The notes under the pieces are model-generated. The model did no database searches. It saw only the letters and a program-made list of their open reading frames with translations, and was not told the DNA's origin. 64,000 nt of DNA from Octopus sinensis (lineage: Eukaryota): assembly GCF_006345805.1 (NCBI RefSeq), contig NC_043000.1, positions 119,350,001 to 119,414,000 of the forward strand. The letters are read 5' to 3'. The translations under genes and the position numbers were made by a program. Below are positions 1 to 12,616 of this stretch, one piece after another. Positions within the stretch are counted from its first letter, which is position 1; each line of letters opens with the position of its first letter.

Positions 1-566
1 TTTTTTGAGAATTTTCTATCCAAAACCCAATCAAAATGCCCGAAACTTGATACGCCAATTGAATGCCAGCTAGCTGTATGTGATCGGTCGGAGATTTGGA
101 CAGTACACGCGTGTATGTGCGCACACACGCAGCTGTATACACTACCGTCAGAAATTAATTAGCACCCTTGATTTGCTCTTCACTCAAGGTATGTGCTGTC
201 ACCTAGTGGCCATATCTCGAACTATTGCTTTGTTGCGAGTTCACTGTTGCGCAGAACGATGACGTAACTTTGTTTGCAGAGCAGTTTGAGAGTCTACAGC
301 CTTATGATGTTGACATAGCAGTGCAACAACTTGGAGTGCGGATGCAGACAAATCTTCCTTTGTTTAATAGATATAGGTAGCGCCTCGCAAGGACCGAAAT
401 CACACCATACTAAGTTTTCTCATCGCGTAAGACGTTTTGAACAGCTCATAGGTTAATTGATTTAACCTATTTAATGTAGAAATTTGAGAAGTGCTAATTA
501 ATTTCTGACGCAAGTGTATGCATGCACTAGCACTATGACCCGGCGTTGCCCGGTCATAGTGCTAGT
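1..566 (-). mobile_element. Helentron-like non-autonomous element (subtype 2), truncated by window edge
   Basis: Reverse complement of 24940-25120; terminal ACTAGC hairpin at 526-566. Confidence 0.65.
140..516. mobile_element. Tc1-like MITE with TA TSD nested in Helentron-like element
   Basis: TIR CACT(AC/TG)CGTCAGAAATTAATTAGCAC; TA at 138-139 and 517-518; empty site near 24987. Confidence 0.8.
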
Positions 567-835
567 TGTTATTAATGTTAATGGCTTTCTTTAGCTCGAT
601 CCAATTTTTATTGATTAAATATTCTTTTTGGTTCATTTCTAATATATTCTTCTCTTTTCCATTGCTGTTACAGAAATGATTCAATGGTTGAGGCAGGTCA
701 GTTCTCATCCTCTTATGAGTCCACGAGATAAAACCAGAAAACCATAATTAAACATTAAATGGCATTTGAAATATTCTATATTACGTGTTTTGTCTTATTT
801 GTTTTGGCTTTTGATATTTGCAACATCTTAAATAG

Positions 836-955
836 CATAAGTACGCTTGTCACGATTGTCTTCAAACACTGCTTCTCAACCTAAGTGCGGCTATATATAG
901 CTATGGTACGACCTCACCTGGAATTTGCATCACTGTCTGGAACCCCTATCTTGCC
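836..955 (+). mobile_element. CR1/L2-clade LINE fragment
   Basis: RLYIAMVRPHLEFAS, typical LYxxxVRPxLEY motif. Confidence 0.65.
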
Positions 956-961
956 CAGGAT

Positions 962-1316
962 ATCAGAGTCGATTATATCGACCCCAGTGCGTAACTGGTA
1001 CTTAATTTATCGACTCCGAAAGGACGAATGGCAAAGTCGACCTCGGCGGAATTTGAACTCAGAACATAACGACAGACGAAATACCTATTTCTTTACTACC
1101 CACAAGGGGGTTAAACACAGAGAGGACAAACAAGGACAGACAAACGGAGTAAGTCGATTATATCGACTCCAGTGTGTAAATGGTACTTATTTAATCGAGC
1201 CGAAAGGATGAAAGGCCAAGTCGACTTCGGCGGAATTTAAACTCAGAACGTAGCGGCAGACGAAATACTGCTAAGCATTTCGCCCGGTGTGCTAACGTTT
1301 CTGCCAGCTCGCCGCC
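962..1316 (-). mobile_element. SINE family B (head GGCGGCGAGCTGGCAGAAACGTTAGC; core GTCGACTTTGCCTTTCATCCTTTCGGGGTCGAT), double body
   Basis: Reverse match to 62341 copy. Confidence 0.85.
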
Positions 1317-1481
1317 TTTATTTTATTTTATTTTATTTTATTTTATTTTTTGGAGCAACGTGAAATGAAGTGATTTGCTCAAGAGCACAAGGCGTCGCCC
1401 GGTCCAGGAATCGAAACCACAATCTTACGATCATGATGCTAACACCCTAACCACGAAGCCACGCGCCTCCACATTAAATTA

Positions 1482-1677
1482 GAGAATGCCTTTGACAAGG
1501 TGCCACTAAGGAAACTAGACATTGGCGGATCATCTGCGAGGTCTGTACAAGATATGTACGAAGACGCAGCAAAGGAATCTACAGGGACAAATTTAGCACG
1601 AAAATAGGTGTCCATCAAGGCTCAGTCCTCAGCTCTCTCTTATTCATCATGTCCATTAGGCCATCACTGAAGTATTT
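1482..1677 (+). mobile_element. Degenerate RTE reverse transcriptase fragment
   Basis: AFDKVP...MYEDA...[10 protein letters not shown]-like translation with indels. Confidence 0.7.
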
Positions 1678-2865
1678 AATTCTTACTCCTTTTTCCTACA
1701 AGGGGACAACATAGATAAGGGACAATACAATCTGATTGGGGTCAGATGGACGGATGGATATAACATAAAGATGACATTAAAAATTCACAAAAAATATAAA
1801 TAAATCGAATAATAGGACAGAGCGGAGGACATTATGGATGGAGTGGGATGGCGGGTTCAATTCGGACCACAGAATTATTTAAGACTGGCTGTCCGTGGGT
1901 AGTCTTATATGCTAATTATCTAGTTCTCATAGTTGAGCCTATAGTGGAATTAAGACAATGAAAATTATCGCCATACGAGAAGGGAAAAGAATCTCAAATA
2001 TGAAGAATTCTCCAAAAGTTAACCTTAAGAAAAATTTTAGTCTTGTGAAGAGATACAAGAACAGTCGAGGACATGTTTCTGCCTCAATAGATGTCATCCG
2101 AACGAAAATTGTTCTTCCTTATTTGCAGAGCCTAAAATACTAGACATAGTTAAAAAAAAACCCAAAAAAAAACCACATTTATGACCTGGGTCATTTGCAT
2201 AAATTAAACAAAAATGAAACAGAAATAACTTAGTTGCCAGTGGCGTGTATACCAACAGCACAGATAAATACAGGTCTATAAGTATCCGGCAACGAATGAG
2301 GAATTTATTAAAATTTGTAGTTAAAATCATCTCCGCTTCTGGATGTATGTATATACACGCATGATTGGGTGACAAACACGCACACAGATTCTCTAAGGAT
2401 GGAGATGATTTTAAAGAAAAAAAATCGCACGCACGCACATTGAAAAGGTTGCAAGACGCATCGAAAATTTTAGGAAAATAAAAATTTCAAAAAGTGGAAA
2501 TTTTACCGGTGAGTGTGTTACATTATAAGGCACAAAAAGAAAATGACTCTCCCCAGACACAACAGAATATGCTTCAACTCACGAACTCATATAAAGAATC
2601 TTGCAAACCAAATCCAAAAACGAAATATATACACACACACACACACAATAATGAAGTCTTCATTCTGTATTTAATTAAAGCTAAACAGGCGCAAGCATGA
2701 CTGTGTTGCGAATTTTGTTTCCCCACTACGTGGTTTTGGGTTCGATCCCACTGCAATTTTTCTTTATTTTTTTTCTTGTTTTGGTTCCTAGGACCCATAA
2801 GGCCGGCTAGCTAGTTTCCATAACGTATTAGTAACCGATGCCACGACATCCCCACTGAATAGGAC

Positions 2866-5115
2866 GTCAGTCTATTGCAGAATTCCAGTTCTACAATTTT
2901 GAGCAGAAAGGACAAGTCAATTACATCGACTTCAGTACCTGACTGGTAGAGATGAAAGGCTAAGTCGCCAACCTTGAGCCAGAAGAAATACGCCCAGCAT
3001 ATTTTGCCCAATGTACTAACGATTCCACCAGCTCGCCGCTTATTTTATTTAATCATACCCAATAAAAAGAACCTTTAATTTAATCATCTGCAATAAAATA
3101 AATGCGCTTGGGCTACCTTAGCAAGTAAACATCATTTCAAATATATTTTCTAGTTTAAAAACACGCTTTGAAGTTTCTCAAGGGGAGCAACTTTTGTATC
3201 GACAACAGATCTGTACAGGTCAAATATTATCTAATTCGCGCAAAGGGCGGCAATCCAGCAGAATCGTTAGCACGCCGGGCGAAATGCGTAGCCGTATTTC
3301 GTCTGCCGCTACGTTCAGAGTTCAAATTCCGCCGAGGTCGACTTTGCCTTTCATCCTTTCGGGGTCGATTAAATAAGTACCAGTTACGCACTGAGGCCGA
3401 TGTAATAGACTTAATCTCTTTGTCTGTCCTTGTTTGTCCCCTCTATGTTTAGTCCCCTGTGGGCAATAAAGAAATAAATATATAATTCGCCCTACTTTTA
3501 TATGATGCAATAATTGTTTATTCAGGAAGAAAGGCCAGTAATTTTGAATGGAGGAGAGGTTAGTCAATTGTATCAACCCCAGTACTTGACTGGTACTTTA
3601 TTTGGTAACTTTTTTTGGTTCTCACCCCCACCCCCATTAAAAAATTGGTTTATCTCCGTACTAAAAAAAATTGATTTTATATGGCGAAATTGGATTGGAT
3701 TAAAACAGTTACATCCTTTTGATTCAATACTTCAGCACAAATGCTTAGCCGTATTTCGTCTGACGTTACGTTCTGAGATCAAATCCTGCCGAGGTTGGCT
3801 TTGTCTTTTATTCTTTCGAGGTCGATAAAATTAAGTACCAGTTGTGTACTGGAGTCGATCTAATCGGCTGGCCCCCCTTCCCAAAAATGACGTTAGGCCT
3901 CCTCAATAGCCATGGTATGATTTGTTATTAAAATTTCATCAGATTTAATAAGATGTTTGATTTTTTCCACTTTTCATGTTTAATTTTTCACTTTTTTTTT
4001 GTTCTTTATTGAGAATTAAGCAAGGTTCTCGGGGGCGGGGAAGGGCTTAGTCGATTAGATCGACCCCAGTGCGTAACTAGTACTTATTTCATCGACCCCC
4101 AAAAGAAAGGCAAAGTCGACCTCGGCGGAATTTGAACTCAGAACGTAGCGGCAGACGAAATACCAATTTCTTTACTACCCACAAGGGGGTAAACACAGAG
4201 GGGACAAACAAGCGGATTAAGTCGATTATATCGACTCCAGTGCGTAACTGGTACTTATTTAATCGCCCCCGAAAGGATGAAAGGCAAAGTCGACCTCGGC
4301 GGGATTTGAACTCAGAACGTAGCGGCAGACGAAATACCGCTAAGCACTTCGCCCGGCGTGCTAACGTTTCTGCCAGCTCGCCGGGCGAAATGCTTAGTCG
4401 TATTTCGTCTGCCGTTACGTTCTGAGTTCAAATCCCGCCGAGGTCGACTTTGCCTTTCATAGTTTCGGGGTCGATAAATTAAGTACCAGTTACGCACTGG
4501 GATCGATGTAATCGACTTAATCCGTTTGTCTGTCCTTGTTTGTCCCCTCTATGTTTAGCCCCTTGTGGGCGGTTAAGAAATAAGAAACGTTAGCACGGCG
4601 GGCGAAATGCTTAGCGTTATTTCGTCTGTCTATATGCTCTGAGTTCAAATACTGCCGAGGTCGACTTTGCTTTTCATCCTTTCGTAGTCGATAAATTAAT
4701 TACCAGTTACGTACTGCAATCGATCTAATCGACTGGCCCCCTCCCCAAAAATTTCGGGCCTTGTGCCTAGAGTAGAAAAGAGTGTAATTACAAAAGCGGC
4801 GAGCTGGCAGAAACGTTAAGCACGCCGGACGAAATGCTTAGCGGTATTTCGTTTGCCGCTACGTTCTGAGTTCAAATTCCGCCGAGGTCGACTTTGTCTT
4901 CCATCCTTTCGGGGTCGATTAAATAAGTACCAGTTACGCACTGGGGTCGTTATAATCGACTTAATCCGTTTGTCTGTCCTTGTTTGTCCTCTCTGTGCTT
5001 AGTCCCTTGTGGGTAGTAAAGAAATAAGTATTTCGTCTGTCTACGTACTAAGTTCAAATTCAGTCAAGTCGACTTTGCCTTTCATCCTTTTGGGGTCGAT
5101 AAATTAAGTACCAGT
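2866..5115. mobile_element. Dense cluster of SINE family B copies in both orientations (2866-3040, 3252-3475, 3737-3890, 4020-4385, 4380-4580, 4585-4785, 4795-5115)
   Basis: Repeated core and two alternative tails. Confidence 0.85.
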
Positions 5116-5758
5116 CTCATTAATAAAATAATTCAGTGTTTTCAGAAAATTACAGGACTCAGATATTCATCATTTAACGTCCATTTTCCCATGCTGGTAT
5201 ATATCAGACGGAATTTATCGAAGCAGATTTTGTATTCTCAGATATTTTTCCTGCCTCCAACTCTCACCAGTTTCCAAGCAAAATATTTCCCATGAAGACA
5301 TTTTTCATGGAAAACTGGAAACGAACATGAAGGCTGATTTTTTAAGCTAATATTTATTATTCTCTCAATATCTTTAGCTGAACCGCTAAGTTACAGGAAT
5401 GTAAAAACACCAACACTGGCTGCCAAGCGGTAATGGGAGGATAAATGCATACAGACACACACTCACGACAGGCTTCATTCGGTTTCCATCTACCAAATCC
5501 CCTCACAAGGCTTTGGTCAGCCTGAGGCAATAGTAGAAGACTTGCTCAAGGCGCCATGCAGTAGGACTGAACCTGGAACCATGCAGTTGGGAAGCAAGCT
5601 TCTTACAACACAGTCACCCCTGCATTGTTAAAAATTACCTGGAAATGTTTTCAGGCCCTGATGAAGGGCCTTACCTGCTTTAACGAAACCAGAAATTTTC
5701 AAGTAAAATAGCAAACTATAAATTGAAGGAATAAAGAAAATGTTTACCTTTCTCATGT

Positions 5759-5848
5759 TTTATTTCATAAAAGACATTGGTCAGTAGTGGAGGGCATGCT
5801 TTTTCAACATGAACCCTTAGTACAAACCAGTTAACTATCAAATTTATT
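5759..5848 (-). terminator. Two candidate AATAAA polyadenylation signals of TKT (5843-5848 and 5759-5764)
   Basis: tttatt on + strand about 165 and 250 nt downstream of the stop codon; AT-rich context, so either could be chance. Confidence 0.5.
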
Positions 5849-6012
5849 TTTGTATGTTCGAAGAAAATAGTACAATTTCTCTATTTATGAAAATAAGTCG
5901 ATATCAGCATACATGTCAAGAGAAATCAACATATACAATTAGTTATAAACAAGAGTGAATATGCTATCATTGATAGAAAGATATCACACACTTAGATTAT
6001 CAATTGCACTGT

Positions 6013-6185
6013 CTACATGGACATCATTTGGTGCACAGCTTTCACGATGCAATTGGCACTTATTCCGTATTTCTCCATTAACTCAGCCGATTTTCCACTT
6101 CGTGGAACTTCCAGAACACTTAGTTTCTTCACTATTACATTTGGATAACCAGACATAGCACTACAAACAGCTTCACCAAGACCAC
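6013..6185 (-). CDS. TKT: TKT exon 12 coding part (173 nt; [13 protein letters not shown]...[16 protein letters not shown]...MMSM*)
   Basis: ttcag acceptor, TAG at 6013-6015. Confidence 0.96.
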
Positions 6186-9100
6186 CTGAAGTAAAAAGGA
6201 AAAACAAAAATGAACATTTACAATATTTACATTTGACGGATATTTGTCCTCATTTTGTTTGTTGTTAACACAACATTTCGGTTGCTATACCCTCCATCCT
6301 TCATCAGGTGTCATGGGGAAATTTTGAATCTGGGTTCTCATTCCTAAGGTATTCTTCGATGTTACCATTATTATTATTTAGGACTGTCTGGAATTGAACT
6401 TGGTATCTTGAGGTTAGTAGCCCACTCTCTTAACCACTATTTACAATATGGTTATTACAAATATCAATGTTACTCTTCTGAGTGAAAGAAAGATTGTATG
6501 ATACGTGTATATACAAACACCAATTCTTCATGGGAGTGAGCCATGGGCCCTGGATGCAAGGGACATGCGAACGCTAGAGAATGAGGCTAGTATGCTCTGC
6601 TGGATGTGTAATCATCATCATCATCATCGTTTAACGTCGGTTTTCCATGCTAGCATGGGTTGGATGGTGCGACTGGGGTCTGGGAAGCCAGGAGGCTGCA
6701 CCAGGCTCCAGTCTGATCTGGCAGTGTTTCTACAGTTGGATGCCTTTCCTAACGCCAACCACTCCGTGAGTGTAGTGGGTGCTTTTTACGTACCACTGGC
6801 TAGACTGGCAATGGCCACGATCGGTTGGTGCTTTTTACGTGCCACCGGTACAGTAATATAAGTGTATATGGCCAACGGAGTGTTTGTGTATTGTGAGAGA
6901 AATTAGGCACAAGAGGAATTAGATGTAGTGTGCAATAGAGAAGACTGCACTGGTTTGGTCGTGTGGTGCAGACAGATGCTGACAGTTCCATAAAGAAGTG
7001 CCAATCTTTCAAAGTAGATGGTAAACATGAAGCAGGAAACCCAGGAAGACACAGGATGAAGTACTGAAGGACATCCTCAAGACACTGAACCTTTCAGATG
7101 AGGTACCTGGTACCTTGCTGTACTCAACAAGACCCATCCTACAGAGCAGAAAATTACACTTCCTCTAAAAAGTTTGGATTTTATTTTCCATGCACAAAAT
7201 TTATATAAAACGGTCAAAAGTTTTTAACCATTTAGCTTTTAAATTACTGTCAAATGCAATGCTTATTTCATCATCATCATAGTTTAACGTCCGTTTTCCT
7301 TACTAGCATGGGTTGGACGTTTTGATCGGGGTCTGGGAAGCCAGGAGGCTGCACCAGGCCCAGTCTGATCTGGCAGTGTTTCTACAGCTGGATGCCCTTC
7401 CTAACGCCAACCACTCCATGAGTGTAGTGGGTGTTTTTAAATGCCACCAGCACAGAGGCCAGAGGAGGCTGGTAAACAGCCACAATTGGTTGGTGCTTTT
7501 ATGTACCACTGACATGGACGCCAGTCAGGCGGCGCTGGCATCTGCCACATTTGGACGGTGCTTTTTACGTGCCACCGGCACAGGTATCATAACTACAATT
7601 CCATTTGATTTTTATCTTGCTTTTATCTTGTAGCTTCGAGATTTCAATGATTGTGTTTTTAGAATGACATCATAGAATGTGAAAAGCTGAATCCAGCTAG
7701 TTTCAATGTAAATTAATAATATTTGGGCCAAAAATTGATTGATTTAAATGATAAAAGTTTAATATGTACAAAATTACAAAAACAAGACAACTGAAGTAAA
7801 ATTTGAAGTTCAGAATTACTGATGACAAATAATGAGTTTTTAAGATACAAGGTAAACTAGAGGAGAAAATAGAAGGGTTGATAAAAAGAATGTGCAGAAA
7901 GGAAGACTGGAATACGATCACAGACAGACAAATAGATTTAGACTTAGAAATCAGTAGGTACCAGCATGGTTGTATTAACTTGGAAAATATTTAAGAATTT
8001 GGATGGATTCAGGGAATGAAAAGAATACCTTTCATTATAAAGAGTGGATTTAAAACATAAAAGGTTCCTACATAAATTACAATGGTAGTTTTACAATTTA
8101 CCATAAATCCTCGAGTATAATCCGCATTTTTTCCCCAAAATTTAAAGGTCAAAATCCCTAGTGCGTACTATATACAAGGTTAAAAATGAAAATTATTTTC
8201 TAAGCAATGTCCGAGTCTCTATTTACTGTCAGATGCATTTTGTGATGTCAGGCGCGAAAATACCTTAAGCTAAGCCTGAAAGCAATGAAGTCATAAAAGA
8301 ACCATCCATAACTTGCAGTAAGCAACATTTATTAAACGTTATTACTGTTATTTCTTTATTTTCTGCAAACAAAATGCACAAAAAAGCTACACGTTTGCAT
8401 TATGTTCATCATCATCATCGTTTAGCATCCGCCTTCCATGCTGGCATGGGTTGGACGGTTCAACTGGGATCTGGGAAGCCAGAAGGCTGCACCAGGCCCA
8501 GTTTGATCTGGCAATGTTTCTATGGCTGGATGCCCTTCCTAACGCCAACCACTCCATGAGTGTAGTGGGTACTTTTTACGTGCCACCGGCATTATATATA
8601 CAATAATAATAAAGGACGTTACTATATACAGTTTTACAAACCAGGGACGTTATACAAATGACCTTGACTTAAGTTAGAGAAGGGGTGCGTATTATACACA
8701 AGATTTAGGTTTTTCAGATGTACAGCCCACTAAAAATCCCCTGCGTATTATACTCAAGGGCGGACTATAATCGAGGATTTACGGTAAAATGAGAAATCTG
8801 GTATAGAAGAAACAGTCACAGGCAGTTATCAAAAAGTTATGAAACTTTTACAAGTAATGTAAGATCTAGAATCCAGCTTTTCCCTCTTAAACAAAAACTG
8901 CCCGCAACTAGAGTCCCTCATGAACATGCCAAATGATAGGCCTCACCATGACAAAAGTCCATCTTAACCCTTTAGTTACTGTATTTATTTTGAGAGGCTC
9001 TGTGTCTCTTTCAATTACTTTCAATATAACAAAGAATTTAGTAAAGTAACTTAGTTAAGCTAGTGTTAGGAACATAAATTGTGACTAAGGTTTGATGGAA

Positions 9101-10874
9101 GATTTTAATTCAGAACTTTTGAAAACAAGACATTTGTACTACAGAGCCAGAGGCAGTTTCAGCCAGGTTGGTATCGAAAGGGTTAAGAATTGTTTCTGTA
9201 TTATATATTTTAACCCTTTTGTTATCATATTTATTTTGAGATGCTCTGTGTTTCTTTCAATTAATTTTAAATATAACAAAGAATATAATAAAATAACTTA
9301 GTTAGGATTCAACTAGTGTTAGGAAAATAAATTGTGACTAAGGTTTGGTGGAAGATTTTAATTCAAAACTTATGAAAATAGGACATTTGTACACAGTGCC
9401 AGAACAGGTTTCAGCCAGGTTGGTAACGAAAGGGTTAACATAGCTAGAACTGCATTTCAATGACTGACTCTTCACTTCAAAGTCAGGAAATACTTTAGCC
9501 TCCAAGAATTATCGATACACCATAAAACTCAGCTGAGTCCTATATAAACTGAGAGTACAGAGTGGTTACAATAAAATCCACATGCAAATGATCAATAAAT
9601 GGTAATACTACCATGTGGTGACAAACATGTAGCACTGAGTAGTCACTAGTAACAAGTAGAATCATCATCGTTTAACGTCCACTTTCCATGCTAGCATGGG
9701 TTGGACGATTTTGACTGAGGACTGGCAAACCAGATGGCTGCACCAGGCTCCAATCTTGATTTGGCAGAGTTTCTATAGCTGGATGCCCTTCCTAATGCCA
9801 ACCACTCCGAGAGTGTAGTGGGTGGGTGCTTTTTACGTGCCACCGGCACGTAGATTATTAATAATCCAGTAGGTTACTAGTAAGTGCATTTAATATCCCT
9901 AACCTATACGACATAACAAATGGAACTTCTTCCTTAATCTAGACCCAACAAATAAAAAAGAAAACTTACCTTCGGCATAATGATCTTCCACAGTCAAAAT
10001 CTTGCCATTTGTCTTCTTGGCACATTCATAAATGGTTTTACCATCAATAGGTTTCACAGTGAATGGATCGATGATGGTTATAGAAATGTTTTCAGTTGCC
10101 AGTTGATCTGCCGCCCTGACAGCTTCAAGCAGGGTTACACATGCTCCAATAACGGTTACTTTGTCACCTGAGGCTTGACGAACAATCTGAAATGATTTAA
10201 ATAATTCTATTCAAATTACACAATTTCAATCATTAGAAATTAAACATTTTTAAACAAACTGCATGTGCCCCAGCATGGCAACAGCCTTAGAGCTGAAACA
10301 TATAACAGAATACATTTAAACATAATTGGTTTCTTCATAAGTTGAAGTCACGTGGCCTAGTGACTAGGATGTTGCCCTCAGGATCACAAGGTTGTGGTTT
10401 CGATTCCTGGACAACGATAGGCATGGTTGTATGGTAAAGGGTTCAGTCCCAATATGTGGCACCTTGGGCAAATGCCTTCTATTATAGCCTCAGGCCAACC
10501 AAAGCCTAGTGAATGGATTTGGCAGTCACTTCTGATACAAGATCACCTCCCCAATGCCCCCACTCCTCTCAAAAGAGCCTTGTCTTGCAAGTTACTTGGT
10601 GACCCTGCCAGTGATGGTGTCACATAAAAATCATCCAGTCCACACTGTAAAAAGTGGTTGGCATTTGGAAGAGCATTCAGCTGTAAAAAAAAAAAAAAAA
10701 GAAGGGCCAGGAGTGGCTATGTGGTAAGTAGCTTGCTTACCAACAACATGGTTCCGGGTTCAGTCCCACTGCGTGGCATCTTGGGCAAGTGTCTTCTACT
10801 ATAGCCTCGGGCCAACCAAAGCCTTGTGAGTGGATTTGGTAGACGGAAACTGAAAGAAGCCCGTCGTATATATG

Positions 10875-10905
<31 letters not shown>

Positions 10906-12585
10906 TTGTCCTCCTAGCATTGTTTGACAACCGATGCTGGTGTGTTTACGTCCCTGTCACTTAGCGGTTCGGCAAAAGAGCCTGATAGAACAAGTACTGG
11001 GCTTACAAAGAATAAGTCCCGGGGTCGATTTGCTCGACTAAAGGCGGTGCTCCAGCATGGCCACAGTCAAATGACTGAAACAAGTAAAAGAGAGAAAGAC
11101 CTCGCCTGTGCTGGTGCCATGTAAAAAGCATCCAGTCCACTCTGCAGAGTCGTTGGTGTTAGGAAGGGCATCCAGCCATAAAAACCATGCTAAAACAGAT
11201 AGCAAAGCATGATACAGTCTTCTGCCTTGCCAGCTCCTGTCAGCCATCCAACCCATGCCAGCATGGAAAGCAAATGTTAAACAAAGAAGATGATGATGAT
11301 GAAATAAGTAGGTAATATTTTTGCCTCTATATCAATATCAACCATCATCATCATCATCATCATTTAGCGTCCGCTTTCCATGCTAGCATGGGTTGGACGG
11401 TTCAACTGGGGTCTGTGAAGCCAGAAGGCTGCATCAGGCCCAGTCTGATCTGGCAGTGTTTTTCTACGGCTGGATGCCCTTCCTAACGCCAACCACTCCG
11501 TGAGTGTAGTGGGTGCTTTATACGTGCCACTCGCACAGGTGCCAGACGGAGCTGGCAAACGGCCACGGACGGATGGTGCTTCTTACGTGCCACCGGCACG
11601 GGGGCCAGGCGAGGCGGGCAACGGCCATGATCGGTTGGTGCTTTTACGTGCCACCGGCACAGGGGCCCAAGTGAGGCTGGCAACGGCCACAAACGGATGG
11701 TGCTACGTGCCACCGGCACGGGGGCCAGGCAAGGCTGGCAACGGCCACGAACGGATGGTGCTTTTTATGTGCCACCATCAATTAAATGTGGCAGCCATAA
11801 TATGGAGTGTCACAGCTGGCAAAAGCCTGTCAAGCAAACTTAGTCAATCTGAATCAGTGTCAAACCAAGGGTTGCCAAACTTTTGTGACCATCAACCCCC
11901 TTTAGCCACTTCTTGCCAAATGAACTGGTCTAAGGGAGATAAATCAGTCAAGCCTCAAACGGTATTTTAGCATTTGCAAATTAACTTATTGCAACGGTTT
12001 TCTTCCTCAAGTTTGAAGTGGGAATAAATGCCATCCACCAGTGAGCTGAAGGGGCTGCCCAATGAAGCTTAACGTTTTAAGGATGCCAAGTCCTTTAAAT
12101 AAATAATATTTATCTCTCACCATATAGAGTACGTTTTGAATTTTCTATCACGGAACAGTACAGACACACACACATATATATATATATATCTTTCTATATA
12201 AACGGCAGTTTGTCTGTGCGTTTTCTGTGTGTCTGTTTTCTCGTACCCTCACTCTGACCACGGCTTTCAACCGATTCTGATGAAACTTGACACACACATA
12301 GCCCAATGTCATAATTCAAAACTAACGCAGCGAAAATTTTGAAAAGTTCCCCCAGTTCTGAAAAAAATCGATAAATTCGACATGGGGTCGAGAATCAGAA
12401 ACCCAAACCACAGACCGTCTAGGGGACGCAACTCCACATTTTTTAACTCTCAAAAAAAATTTACCATCATTTTTTTCCCATTTTTTTGCTATTTTTTGGC
12501 TATAACTCTCTAAAAATGCTTTATAGTTATTTCCCTTACAAACCTGAGCAACGCCGGGCGATACTGCTAGTGGTATATATATATA

Positions 12586-12616
<31 letters not shown>

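Noticed and set aside
885-5115. Short ORFs in the track from SINE sequence (for example 885-1211, 3168-3452, 4132-4425; also 62193-62532)
   Set aside because: They are translations of repeated SINE blocks, recur wherever the SINE occurs, and have no protein-family features beyond the short CR1 remnant
10708-10800. tRNA genes at SINE heads
   Set aside because: A/B-box-like motifs are present but I could not fold a cloverleaf; the heads continue into multi-copy SINE bodies
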